From Candidatus Latescibacterota bacterium (lineage in GTDB: Bacteria > Latescibacterota > UBA2968 > GCA-2709665), in the NCBI GenBank assembly GCA_965237675.1, contig OZ250150.1:64001-128000 (forward strand): a DNA stretch of 64,000 nt, in the 5' to 3' direction. Made by a program: the position numbers and the translations under genes. Within the stretch, counting starts at the first letter, position 1. Each line of letters begins with the position of its first letter. The notes under the pieces are model-generated. The model searched no databases, was not told the origin of the DNA, and saw only the letters and a list, made by a program, of their open reading frames with translations. Below are positions 20,483-29,923 of this stretch, piece after piece.

Positions 20483-22468
20483 TCAGTTGACGCCGGACCG
20501 CCGCGCTGTTTTCGGTGCGTTGTCGTCTTCGATGCTGATCCACTTCAGGTACATGGGATTGGCCCACCAGTAAGCGCAGAATTTCAGCCCCGTTACGTAG
20601 GGCTTGACCAGCGCCGTGGCATTGGCGACATGGAGCGGGAAATCCCAGCTGAATGCCTGCACCAGACGGTGCACTTCGCGGTTGATCTCAGCCTGCCGGG
20701 AAGGGTCACGCGCGTGGTGTGCTTCCTGGCGCATCTCCTCCAGACGCCAGCGCAGCTGGCTGGTGTGCGACCACTGAAAATAGTATTGCCTGACCTGGAG
20801 GAGCGTGACATTGAGGGCCTTCCAACACCACTCCAGATCCGCATCCGGTTCGTGCGCCGTCCGCAGGATCCGGTCTGCCGTTTGCTGCCAACCGATCATC
20901 GCCTCCTCCGCCTGCCGCCGCAGGTGCGGGCCGTGTCTGCCGTTTGATAAAAGCGACATCACCGAGTCGGCATACGCTCCGATCCGCTGGTGGAGTTGCT
21001 TGAAACCGGCGACATTCGTTTCCGGTTCGAGATGGCTCATACCCGATCGGATCTGCAGTATTCGTCGTTGCCCCTCCCACCATGCGCCGTAGACTTCGGG
21101 ATCGTCCGTCCATTGGACGTTTTCGATCCATTGCGTACCGTAGATCGGATTGGGCCAGGGCGCTCCGGACGCCGCAAAGCACATCCCCGCATACCCGGAC
21201 GGGTTCAGGGAAACCCGCTTGTCGGCGTACACCCCAAGTTCCTGGTTGTCGATCTTGAACCGGATGCCCAGATTCTCCTCCAGCATCGCGGCGATCACCA
21301 CGAACTCGGAAACCATTTCCGGGGCCAGGTAAGACGGAATCAGAATCACCGATTCGGGAATGCCCTTTCCCCCCGGATAACCCGCCTCGGACAGCAGCCG
21401 CCGCGCTTCCTCCAGGTTGAAACCCATCCCCAACTCCGGATCCCAATCCGGCATTGCCGGCGTGGAGAGCATATTCATCGGTGTCTCACGCCCGAGAAAG
21501 ATCGCCTCCACAATCCGGCGCTTGTCGAATCCGATGGCAATCGCCCGGCGCACCCGGGGGTCCCAGTAGACCGGATTTTCCGAAAACAGAAATCTTACAT
21601 AAGAAAGCCCGCTCGTCGGCGTCCGGACCAGTTCGCCACTCAACGCCGGATGTTGTCTGGCGTAGTAGATGTCCGCGATCGATTGCAGGAGCGCGAAATC
21701 GATCTCGCCGCTCTGGTAGCCTTCCAGCGGCCTGCCCGCGAATCGGCTGAATACCCGCTCGAGATTGCCCCGCGGCAGGTTGTACGTCGAATTCGGCTCC
21801 AGGATCACGTGCGAATTGAGTTCCCACTCCACGATCCTGTAGGGCCCGTTTCCCTGGTAATTAGGCAACTTGTGCCACGCTTCCCCGTGCTTTTCCAGAG
21901 ACCCCCGGTGGATCGGAAACATGCTCCCGGTGACCATCGTGTTCAGAAAGGCTGGGTACGGCCTCGCCAGACGGAACCGCAGCGTGTAGTCGTCCAGCAC
22001 ATCCACACCCACCTCATCCTCCCGGGCCGCGCCGTTCCTGAAGTCCATGGCCTTTACCACATACTGTAGCGGTGTGTCCCAGATCCACTTGCTCTCGCGC
22101 CCCGGTTCCATCTGATAGATGAACGCGGCCCTGTAGTCCCGTGCGGTCACGGTCGTGCCGTCGTACCAGCGATTATCCTGTCGAAGGACGAACGTGTAAG
22201 AAAGCCTGTCTTCGGAGACCTCCCAGCGCTCGGCCTGCGCCGGAATCAGTCCTCCATCCGGCCCCAGTTGAACCAGGCCCTCTTTCGTGCCCAGCGTGAT
22301 CTGCGCGTACATCCCCCCCGTGTACAGATAGCTGTTCAACGTGCTCAGAGGCGGCCCGATGTATCGGATCTCTTTCGGGCGCCCGGCATTCGCCGATGTA
22401 CCGGAAAGCGCCACGACGAGCATCCCACTCAGGACAGCGGTTCGCCAGCCCGTGCTCCCAAGATTCAT
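20483..22468 (-). CDS. oppA: Peptide ABC transporter substrate-binding protein (family 5)
   Basis: Start reassigned to ATG overlapping upstream stop (ATGA); EGLV...PAQAERWEVSEDRLSYTFVLR...W.DG..VTARD, GNGPY, DPRVRRAI, EARRLLSEAGYPGG. Confidence 0.85.
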   Translation of the reverse strand: MNLGSTGWRTAVLSGMLVVALSGTSANAGRPKEIRYIGPPLSTLNSYLYTGGMYAQITLGTKEGLVQLGPDGGLIPAQAERWEVSEDRLSYTFVLRQDNRWYDGTTVTARDYRAAFIYQMEPGRESKWIWDTPLQYVVKAMDFRNGAAREDEVGVDVLDDYTLRFRLARPYPAFLNTMVTGSMFPIHRGSLEKHGEAWHKLPNYQGNGPYRIVEWELNSHVILEPNSTYNLPRGNLERVFSRFAGRPLEGYQSGEIDFALLQSIADIYYARQHPALSGELVRTPTSGLSYVRFLFSENPVYWDPRVRRAIAIGFDKRRIVEAIFLGRETPMNMLSTPAMPDWDPELGMGFNLEEARRLLSEAGYPGGKGIPESVILIPSYLAPEMVSEFVVIAAMLEENLGIRFKIDNQELGVYADKRVSLNPSGYAGMCFAASGAPWPNPIYGTQWIENVQWTDDPEVYGAWWEGQRRILQIRSGMSHLEPETNVAGFKQLHQRIGAYADSVMSLLSNGRHGPHLRRQAEEAMIGWQQTADRILRTAHEPDADLEWCWKALNVTLLQVRQYYFQWSHTSQLRWRLEEMRQEAHHARDPSRQAEINREVHRLVQAFSWDFPLHVANATALVKPYVTGLKFCAYWWANPMYLKWISIEDDNAPKTARRSGVN

Positions 22469-24186
22469 CGACCGGACTCTCCTTCCCTTACGATGATCTC
22501 CCGATCCACCGCAGAGCTCCCGATTCGATCCACCGTGCCACCGGGCCATCGAATCGTGACGGAATCGACCGTTGTGGACCGTCCGAGCCCGAAATGGAGA
22601 CGGAAGTCGTTCTGGGACAGGTAGCTTGATCCACTCTGAACCTCCCTGACCTGCTGCCTGCCGCCGGTCCATACCGTCACGCGCGCACCGATGCCGATGC
22701 GGTTGGACAGACGCGCGACTCCTCCTGATTCCTGCGAATGCTCCCGAGCGGCTCCGACCAGCTTCACCCTCAGCCAGCGGTTCCGGTTGCCAACCTCGTT
22801 TCTCAGGAGCCGCGCCGCGCCGTTCACCGTGAGAACGAACACATCCACGTCGCCGTCGTTGTCGTAATCTCCAAAGGCGGCGCCCCTGCCGGCGACCGGC
22901 GCGGACAGATCGTCTTCCGCTTCCCGCGTCACGTCGTCGAACCGCCCGCCTCCCGCGTTTCGGAACAGGATGGCGGGTTGTCGGTAAACACTTCCCACGC
23001 GGTCTGCATTGTCCAGTACGTGGCCGTGTACCATCAGAACGTCGGACCAGCCGTCGTTGTCGTAGTCCAGAAAGCCGGCGCCCCAGCCCACGTGGGGAAT
23101 CGTAGGGGTCCGGATCCCGGATATCGATGAAATATCAGTAAAGAGCCCGCCTCCCTCGTTGCGGAACAGCCCGCCGCCCTCCAGCCGGAAATTGGTCACC
23201 GCCAGGTCCATGCGGCCGTCCCGGTTGAAATCGCCGAAATCCGCGCCCATACTGGACTGCAGGTCTCCTGCTCCGCTGTAGGCCACCCCCGACAGAAGAC
23301 CCCGTTCCACGAAGCTGCCGTCGCCTCGATTCAGATAGAGAAAGTTGGGTGTCATATCGTTCGCGACGAAGATATCCACGTTCCCGTCGCCGTCGGCGTC
23401 GCCGCACGCCATCCCCATCCCCTTGCCGTCGGGATTGAAAACGCCGGATCGGTCCGTTACGTCCGTGAACGTACCGTCCCCGTTGTTGCGATAAAGGCGA
23501 TCGGGTACGCCTTTGAAGTTGTCGGGATGGGGATAGAACCGGGCGCCTTCGGACAGATTCGCTGCGTGCGATGCGTAGGGCCTCAACCCGGTCTCCGAGG
23601 AGGAGATGGAATAGGCAACGTAGTTGGCCACGTAAAGGTCCAGGAATCCATCCGCGTCGTAATCCAGGAAGGCGCATCCCACGCTCCATGTGGAATCGCC
23701 GGAGACCCCGGCCGTGCGGGCAACGTCCCTGAACGTCCCGTCGCCATTGTTGTGAAACAGGCTGTTCGGCCCGTAACACGTCACGTAGAGATCGACGTAC
23801 GAGTCGTTGTCAACGTCCCCTGCGCAAATGCCCATACCGTAGGCCGTCTCCCCGACGCCCGCGACCCGGGTCACGTCCGAAAAAGCGCCCCCGCCCGCAT
23901 TTCGATACAGCCGGTTGCGCGGGCGCGGTCCCGAATAGCCGGGTAACGTTCCTCCATTGACGGCGAATACGTCCAGCCGGCCGTCGTTGTTATAGTCGAG
24001 AAAGGCGACCCCGGACCCCATCGTCTCCACGAAATACTTCCGGCCGGTCCCCCCGTGGACGTGGCGGAAGTCAATGCCTGACGACGCCGTAACGTCAACG
24101 AAGCGCGGTGAATCCGCGTACAGCGCCCCCCCCCGAAGGACCAGGAGAAGCAATATCCCGCAGACTGCGTAATTCGAATGGACCAT
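22465..24186 (-). CDS. CRTAC1 family protein (FG-GAP repeats + ASPIC/UnbV)
   Basis: Repeated FLDYNNDGRLD / FGDYDNDGDVD; C-terminal SNRIGIGARV...GSSYLSQNDFRLHFGLG...IRWPGG. Confidence 0.92.
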   Translation of the reverse strand: MVHSNYAVCGILLLLVLRGGALYADSPRFVDVTASSGIDFRHVHGGTGRKYFVETMGSGVAFLDYNNDGRLDVFAVNGGTLPGYSGPRPRNRLYRNAGGGAFSDVTRVAGVGETAYGMGICAGDVDNDSYVDLYVTCYGPNSLFHNNGDGTFRDVARTAGVSGDSTWSVGCAFLDYDADGFLDLYVANYVAYSISSSETGLRPYASHAANLSEGARFYPHPDNFKGVPDRLYRNNGDGTFTDVTDRSGVFNPDGKGMGMACGDADGDGNVDIFVANDMTPNFLYLNRGDGSFVERGLLSGVAYSGAGDLQSSMGADFGDFNRDGRMDLAVTNFRLEGGGLFRNEGGGLFTDISSISGIRTPTIPHVGWGAGFLDYDNDGWSDVLMVHGHVLDNADRVGSVYRQPAILFRNAGGGRFDDVTREAEDDLSAPVAGRGAAFGDYDNDGDVDVFVLTVNGAARLLRNEVGNRNRWLRVKLVGAAREHSQESGGVARLSNRIGIGARVTVWTGGRQQVREVQSGSSYLSQNDFRLHFGLGRSTTVDSVTIRWPGGTVDRIGSSAVDREIIVREGESGR

Positions 24187-24235
24187 ACGGAAGGACTGTT
24201 GAAATTAACCAGTGGGGCCGCTCGGCGCGGGGCCG

Positions 24236-24415
24236 GACCTACCCCCTAACCCCCTTCCTGAAGGAAGGGGGAACCGGGGCTGTTCGGTGGCTTGTGCTTG
24301 AGAAGGAGCGGAGATGACGTTCTCCCGTAAATGAGAGTTAAAATGGGAATGCGTCAACGCATCGCTTCGCTTGTCTCCCCCTTTCCTTTAGGAGAGGGGG
24401 CCGGGGGGAGAGGTC
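24236..24415. repeat. Inverted pair of GC-rich palindromic intergenic repeats
   Basis: gacctaccccctaacccccttcctgaaggaaggggg (from 24236) is an imperfect inverse of tctccccctttcctttaggagagggggccggggggagaggtc (24374-24415). Confidence 0.6.
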
Positions 24416-24451
24416 TCCTCGCGGTCGCCAACCGATTATGCTTTTGATTCT

Positions 24452-24483
24452 GGCTGACAACTGACGGCTGAGAGCTGATCGCT
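24452..24483. repeat. Degenerate heptamer tandem repeat (gctgaNN)
   Basis: gctgaca actgacg gctgaga gctgatc; same motif at about 33070-33095 and 33213-33238. Confidence 0.55.
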
Positions 24484-24503
24484 TTTCTTGCGTCTTCCCG
24501 CCT

Positions 24504-25772
24504 CTACGGAAACCGGGGAACCCGAATCCGCTCGCCACGGGCAGCAGCCTGTTCGCCGCAAATTGCCGCAGCGCACGAACGCGCGGCCTGGACTGCGTCG
24601 ATGAGTGGGCGGCGGTCGTTGACGATCGCGTCGAAGAAATCCAGCATCATGTCGAACTCCGCGCCCTGGTGACCGGGTCCCGACCCCGTTACAAGGGGCA
24701 GTTCCATCCAGCCATCTCCCGATTCCACGGTATTGAGAAACCGGTGGGGCAGATGCACGTATCCGGACCCGGTCTCGTTTCGCCGCTCGCCCTCGTAACA
24801 CCCCAACGTCCCGTAGAGGGCGAGATAATTCAGGTGCGGGCGGCGGAATCCGTAACTCTGCAGCGCTTTGATTGTCACGCCGCTCTCGCTCCTCATCAGC
24901 GCCACCACGCTGTCGCAGCCCTCTCCGGCATTCGCACCGAAACCGTCCTCCGGCCTGCCTCCCGTGAAACTCGTGCCCCGCATCCCAAACGCCTCAACCT
25001 CGACGATCTGTTCGTCACCCAGCAGCCAGCGGGACGTATCGAACGTCGTATGCACCGCCGCGTTCAGAGGCGGCTCGATTCCCCCTACACATCCCCGGTC
25101 GGCCGGCATGCCCACCTCGCGCTCACGGTTCACCCAGAACCGCTTCCGCCACCGGTAGTCGCAGTTGTACTCCGCCTCCACGTACTGGATCTTGCCGAAC
25201 TCCTCTTCCATGCATAATTGCTTGAGGGACTCGTACCGGTTGTACCACCGCAACTGATTGCCCATCTGCACCTTCAGACCGGTCTGCTCGCTTAAATCGA
25301 CGATCGCCCTGCATTCCTCCAGTGAAACGGCAACGGGCATTTCCACAAAGACGTGCTTGCCTGCCTGCAGCGCCTGGATCGCGTGCTCTCCATGCCTGTC
25401 CGTGCCCGTTTCCACGACAACCACCCGGACCTCGTCGTCCTTTAGCATTTCTTCGAAATCCACGTACGACTTCGGGATGTCCTGTTCTTCAGCGACGTAT
25501 TCCGCCAGGTCCGCGACTTCGTCGCATACCGCCACCGTTCGACTCTGGTCCATCAGGTTGCACAAGCTCGCCATGAACCGGCCTCGTCCCAGGCCGACCA
25601 CCCCCACGTTCAAGACACCGGTGCCCCTGTCGGGCCCGGCAACCCGCATGGGCGGTCTCTCCTGGCGGCCCATCCAATCCAGGTATCGCTCCATCTTGAC
25701 GTGGCGCGCCTTTTCCGTATACCATTCTCGGGACAGGAATCTCTCGAAAAGGTCCCGCCTGTTCGCGTCCAT
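24504..25772 (-). CDS. Gfo/Idh/MocA family oxidoreductase
   Basis: VGVVGLGRG, ALQAGKHVFVEMP, GHQGAE; start MDANRR after aaggag. Confidence 0.9.
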   Translation of the reverse strand: MDANRRDLFERFLSREWYTEKARHVKMERYLDWMGRQERPPMRVAGPDRGTGVLNVGVVGLGRGRFMASLCNLMDQSRTVAVCDEVADLAEYVAEEQDIPKSYVDFEEMLKDDEVRVVVVETGTDRHGEHAIQALQAGKHVFVEMPVAVSLEECRAIVDLSEQTGLKVQMGNQLRWYNRYESLKQLCMEEEFGKIQYVEAEYNCDYRWRKRFWVNREREVGMPADRGCVGGIEPPLNAAVHTTFDTSRWLLGDEQIVEVEAFGMRGTSFTGGRPEDGFGANAGEGCDSVVALMRSESGVTIKALQSYGFRRPHLNYLALYGTLGCYEGERRNETGSGYVHLPHRFLNTVESGDGWMELPLVTGSGPGHQGAEFDMMLDFFDAIVNDRRPLIDAVQAARSCAAAICGEQAAARGERIRVPRFP

Positions 25773-25816
25773 TCCGGACTCCTTTACTCGCACAGATTCA
25801 GATCCGCGCCCCCGTC

Positions 25817-26947
25817 TCAGCGGGTATTCAGGAGGGTATGAATCGCTCGCTTGAACACGTGGATCGCGCGTTTGGCGGCTCCATAGGGACCCGCGGAGGA
25901 AACGTTGATCTCATAAAATACGCTTGGGATGCCGAATCTTCGGGCCATCTGATAGCACAGGGTATCCTCCCGATGCACGTTGGCTCTGCCGTGCGTGGAC
26001 ATGCCATCGGTTTCCAGGCGCATCGTATCGCACAGGGCCTGATAGAGGCGCGCGCGATCGGGATCCTGGAAGACCGGATCGACCACCTCATACCATCCGT
26101 CGTAAGGGTATTCGCCATTGTCGCGCCAGCCCACGAATGCATGGATATTCATCCAAAGCGCAGGTTGTTCTTCGACGAGTTTGTTCCAGAGCAGGCGGCT
26201 CTCGTGGGCTTCGGGGGTCTCCGCTTCGGGTTCGTCGCCAAATGCCCGGTACATGTCCAACCCTTCCGCGTTGAACGCGTTTCTGCCCATCATGTTGCCA
26301 TCGGGATTGACCACCGGAACGACCTCAACCTGTACGCGCTCTCGAAGATCAACCGCATCCGGCACTAAGGAAGTGATGAAATCCGCAATACCCAGCATAC
26401 CCCAGGTGCCGGAAAACTCCACAGCGTGTTGACCGGCCACGCAGAGGATCCTGGGTTTGCCCGGCGCGCCGGCCCGGATGCCGGGGATGTCCCGCCCCTG
26501 GACCGACGTACCGACTGTGAGGGGCTCACAACGGTCCCCGCGTTCATCCGACAGACGCCGGAGGACCTCTCTGGTGTCGCTGTAGGTCGCCGGCCAGGCG
26601 TTTGTTACCCGAACGGTTTCGTTTCTCCTCAGGTTCAGGCGGACCAACAGGGGTTCTTCCGAATTCCGTACCTGGGAGCGGTCAAGCGCCTTGAAACGGC
26701 CCGCACCCGGGGGTCCCACCCAAACTGTTGCGGGCAAACTGGCGACAAACCCCTTCGGTCCGAAATCGGGGTCGGGCCACACTTCGACCGTCAGTACCGA
26801 AGGAGGCCCGTCATTCCGGACGTCGAAGCAAAAGTAGTAACTGTAAGAGGCCTTGTCTCCGATGACTTCGAGCCGAAACCGGTCGATCGCGATCTGTCGG
26901 ATATTCTTCGCGTTTCCACATTCGAAATCAGCGGCAATCAATATCAT
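25817..26947 (-). CDS. M14 family zinc carboxypeptidase-like protein
   Basis: ADFECGN, GTSVQGRDI, GQHAVE (HxxE), PVVNPDG, NIH. Confidence 0.85.
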   Translation of the reverse strand: MILIAADFECGNAKNIRQIAIDRFRLEVIGDKASYSYYFCFDVRNDGPPSVLTVEVWPDPDFGPKGFVASLPATVWVGPPGAGRFKALDRSQVRNSEEPLLVRLNLRRNETVRVTNAWPATYSDTREVLRRLSDERGDRCEPLTVGTSVQGRDIPGIRAGAPGKPRILCVAGQHAVEFSGTWGMLGIADFITSLVPDAVDLRERVQVEVVPVVNPDGNMMGRNAFNAEGLDMYRAFGDEPEAETPEAHESRLLWNKLVEEQPALWMNIHAFVGWRDNGEYPYDGWYEVVDPVFQDPDRARLYQALCDTMRLETDGMSTHGRANVHREDTLCYQMARRFGIPSVFYEINVSSAGPYGAAKRAIHVFKRAIHTLLNTR

Positions 26948-26999
26948 CGCAATGCTCTCCAGGGACGGGCCTCGACGAGAAGCTCTCTTATCGTTTACT

Positions 27000-28130
27000 T
27001 CATTGATAGTAACCGGTCCCCAATGGCGGCCGGGCGTACGCCACCTCGATCCGACAGGGTACCCCCGTACGGCTCATCGAATTCACGCCCCGGCAGGCCA
27101 GCGACTGAACCCCCTCCCGCATCGGCCAGTCGAAATGCGCCTCACACCGATGCCAAACCCCATCATCGATGCGAATTTCATAGTGGTCGAAAAACGGCAT
27201 ACAGTGTGACAGCGTTACCGCCAGCCTGGGCACGCCTGTGTTCCACACCGGCTGCGTGGACACGCGTACCAGATTCACGGTCCAGTACACGTCCGACAGG
27301 TTGGAGGTCCACTGAACACGGCCAACGGGTCTGAAATTACTCACGAATGTCGGCAGGCACCTGCGGTCCACCCATTCCCAGGTCAGGCGATCCGTCAATA
27401 CCCGGATCCGGGCATAATAGTCCATCACCCTGTTTCGCATGAACCTAGCGAACAACTGGCGGTTGACCTCCTCGTCATAATCTCTCCGGCAGGTGGGATC
27501 GCGGAGTGCGAGCCGGACATGCCTGGCGTCCGGAACGAGGAATTCCGGCTGATCCTGCACCATTTCAACCGCATCTGCGGCGCCGCTCAGCCACGCCTCC
27601 CGGATTTCCAGCGCGTTCAGCGGCGTACCTTCTCGTTCGTAGTGGACGTTGACGTCCGGATCCATCATCACCCACTTCCGGTGTTCATTGGACCAGACCT
27701 CGGCAACCGCGTGTCCCACGTTCCACATAGCGTAGTCCCGGGGCGCCTCGCAATCTTCGACACCAATTCCTACCCGCCGCGCAGGCCAGCCCAGCGCGGT
27801 TGCCGAATCCACAAAGACCCGGGCGTAGGAACCGCAGAAGAATCGTTCCCCCCTGCGCACGGCCTCCAGAATGCCCAGGCCGTCGTCGACTTCCGGGCGG
27901 TTGTACCAGAGCCCGTGGTCCCACTGTTCGCGGACCCATCGTTTCAGGGCCAGAAACCCCTCGAATTCCGTTTCGCAGCCCGAGACGACGCCTTCCAGCC
28001 CGTACTTCTCCCTGAGGCGCGCGATTCTCGGCGCATGCGGGTCCCCGTACTCGTGGCAGGTATGATCCCCGGTGAAGTCCGGGACGTCAAAAGAGACGAC
28101 ACGGAACTCACCAGGACATCTCTGGCTCAT
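27000..28130 (-). CDS. Transglutaminase-like domain protein
   Basis: Catalytic triad-like FCGSYA...GHAVAEVW...KWVMMDPD. Confidence 0.85.
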   Translation of the reverse strand: MSQRCPGEFRVVSFDVPDFTGDHTCHEYGDPHAPRIARLREKYGLEGVVSGCETEFEGFLALKRWVREQWDHGLWYNRPEVDDGLGILEAVRRGERFFCGSYARVFVDSATALGWPARRVGIGVEDCEAPRDYAMWNVGHAVAEVWSNEHRKWVMMDPDVNVHYEREGTPLNALEIREAWLSGAADAVEMVQDQPEFLVPDARHVRLALRDPTCRRDYDEEVNRQLFARFMRNRVMDYYARIRVLTDRLTWEWVDRRCLPTFVSNFRPVGRVQWTSNLSDVYWTVNLVRVSTQPVWNTGVPRLAVTLSHCMPFFDHYEIRIDDGVWHRCEAHFDWPMREGVQSLACRGVNSMSRTGVPCRIEVAYARPPLGTGYYQ

Positions 28131-28146
28131 GAGATCCTCCCGCGAG

Positions 28147-29061
28147 TCACCCGGTTCGCACCGGCTTCCCCAGCGCCTCCGCCATCGCGCGGATGTGGGA
28201 CGGCCCGGCGCCGCAGCAGCACCCCACGAAGTTGATCCCTTCCGCCCTCGCCTTCAGCGCGAACGCCGCCATATCGTCGGGCGTGACGCCATTGCGATGC
28301 CGGCGGACGGCATAGCCGCCGTTTTCGGTATCCTCCATCTGCCTGAATCCCTTCGGCTGGCAGGCGATCGGTACATCCACCGCTTCCCGCATCTCGAGCG
28401 CCGTCGGCAGCATCTGTTCCGGGTCCCCGATACAGACGGTCCCCACGATGTCCGCGCCGTCGTCCACGAGGGCGCGGGCGCACTCCGCCGCGGTGGCGCC
28501 GTCCCGTGTCGCCTTATTGCTGCCGATGCCCACGAGCGCCATCGTCGGCAGGCCGGTTTTCTTACAGCTTTCCACGCACAGCCGCATCTCGTCCAGACGG
28601 GAGAACGTCTCCGGGATCAGGAAGTCGGCGCCGGCGTCGACGAGAATTGCGATCTGTTCTTCCCATTCGGCCTGCGCGCGTGCGCCCGACGAAGGATCCT
28701 CCGGATTGTAAACCTGGTCTCCCAGACGGGAACCGGTCATCGTGGATACGAGACAGCCGCCTACCGGCGTCTCCCAGTCCGATCCCTCCTTGGCCGCCCG
28801 AATCCCGGTCCTGTTGATTTCGTCCACGCGGCCTCCCCATCCGTATTTCTCCTCCAGCTGAGCGCCCGAGGTAAACCACGTCAGCGCCTGGAGCACCTCG
28901 GCACCCGAATTGTAGAAGTCCCGGTGGATCTGCTGAAGCACATCCGGGTGGGAGCCGATGATGCCGGGCACATCGTAACCTCTCCAGTTCGCCTCCAGGT
29001 ACATCCCACCGTCACCGAGGACGATTCCCTCTTTGAGCATTTCCATTAGATTCCCGGCCAT
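28147..29061 (-). CDS. Homocysteine S-methyltransferase family protein (paralogue 2)
   Basis: VLGDGG, HRDFYNSGAEVLQ, LIPETF, Zn-ligand Cys in GTVC and GCCCG. Confidence 0.9.
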   Translation of the reverse strand: MAGNLMEMLKEGIVLGDGGMYLEANWRGYDVPGIIGSHPDVLQQIHRDFYNSGAEVLQALTWFTSGAQLEEKYGWGGRVDEINRTGIRAAKEGSDWETPVGGCLVSTMTGSRLGDQVYNPEDPSSGARAQAEWEEQIAILVDAGADFLIPETFSRLDEMRLCVESCKKTGLPTMALVGIGSNKATRDGATAAECARALVDDGADIVGTVCIGDPEQMLPTALEMREAVDVPIACQPKGFRQMEDTENGGYAVRRHRNGVTPDDMAAFALKARAEGINFVGCCCGAGPSHIRAMAEALGKPVRTG

Positions 29062-29123
29062 ATCTCAATTCTCCTCTCTACAGTAGTTGAATTGCCCCAC
29101 CCTCAAACGACCCCTATTCCCTT

Positions 29124-29923
29124 GATGTAGGGAGAGGTGAGACGGTAGACGGTAGAAGAAATCCTTGCCTGGTATGTTATTCCTCCTTGCCTCCGGCACG
29201 AGAAGAAACCTCACAGGGCAGGCAATCTCTCCCGGCTTACGTCTTCCTGCCTTTACAGAAGTTGATACGGCCCGGGCTTATCCGGCATTGCCGTCGGTTT
29301 TCCGATCGCCTCGGCCATCGCGATGTGGGGAGAGGTGAGACGGTAGACGGTAGAAGAAATCCTTGCCTGGTATGTTATTCCTCCTTGCCTCCGGCACGAG
29401 AAGAAACCTCACAGGGCAGGCAATCTCTCCCGGCTTACGTCTTCCTGCCTTTACAGAAGTTGATACGGCCCGGGCTTATCCGGCATTGCCGTCGGTTTTC
29501 CGATCGCCTCGGCCATCGCGATGTGGGGAGAGGTGAGACGGTAGACGGTAGAAGAAATCCTTGCCTGGTATGTTATTCCTCCTTGCCTCCGGCACGAGAA
29601 GAAACCTCACAGGGCAGGCAATCTCTCCCGGCTCCCGGCTTACGTCCCGCCGTTAGAGAAGTTGAAACGGACCCGGCTGATCAGGCATTGCCGTCGGTTT
29701 TCCGATCGCCTCGGCCATCGCGATGTGGGGAGAGGTGAGACGGTAGACGGTAGAAGAAATCCTTGCCTGGTATGTTATTCCTCCTTGCCTCCGGCACGAG
29801 AAGAAACCTCACAGGGCAGGCAATCTCTCCCGTCTCCCGGCTTACGTCCCGCCTTTACAGAAGTTGATACGGACCCGGCTGATCCGGCATCGCCGTCGGT
29901 TTCCCGATCGCCTCGGCCATCGC
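29124..29923. repeat. Four-unit tandem repeat (unit starts 29124, 29322, 29520, 29722; spacings 198/198/202 bp) containing the 3' end of the adjacent methyltransferase gene
   Basis: Direct alignment: invariant ~105 nt non-coding block followed by a ~70 nt gene-end block. Confidence 0.95.

Noticed and set aside
29124-29923. CRISPR array
   Set aside because: Unit is ~200 bp, the variable parts are near-identical gene ends rather than unique spacers, and no cas genes are present
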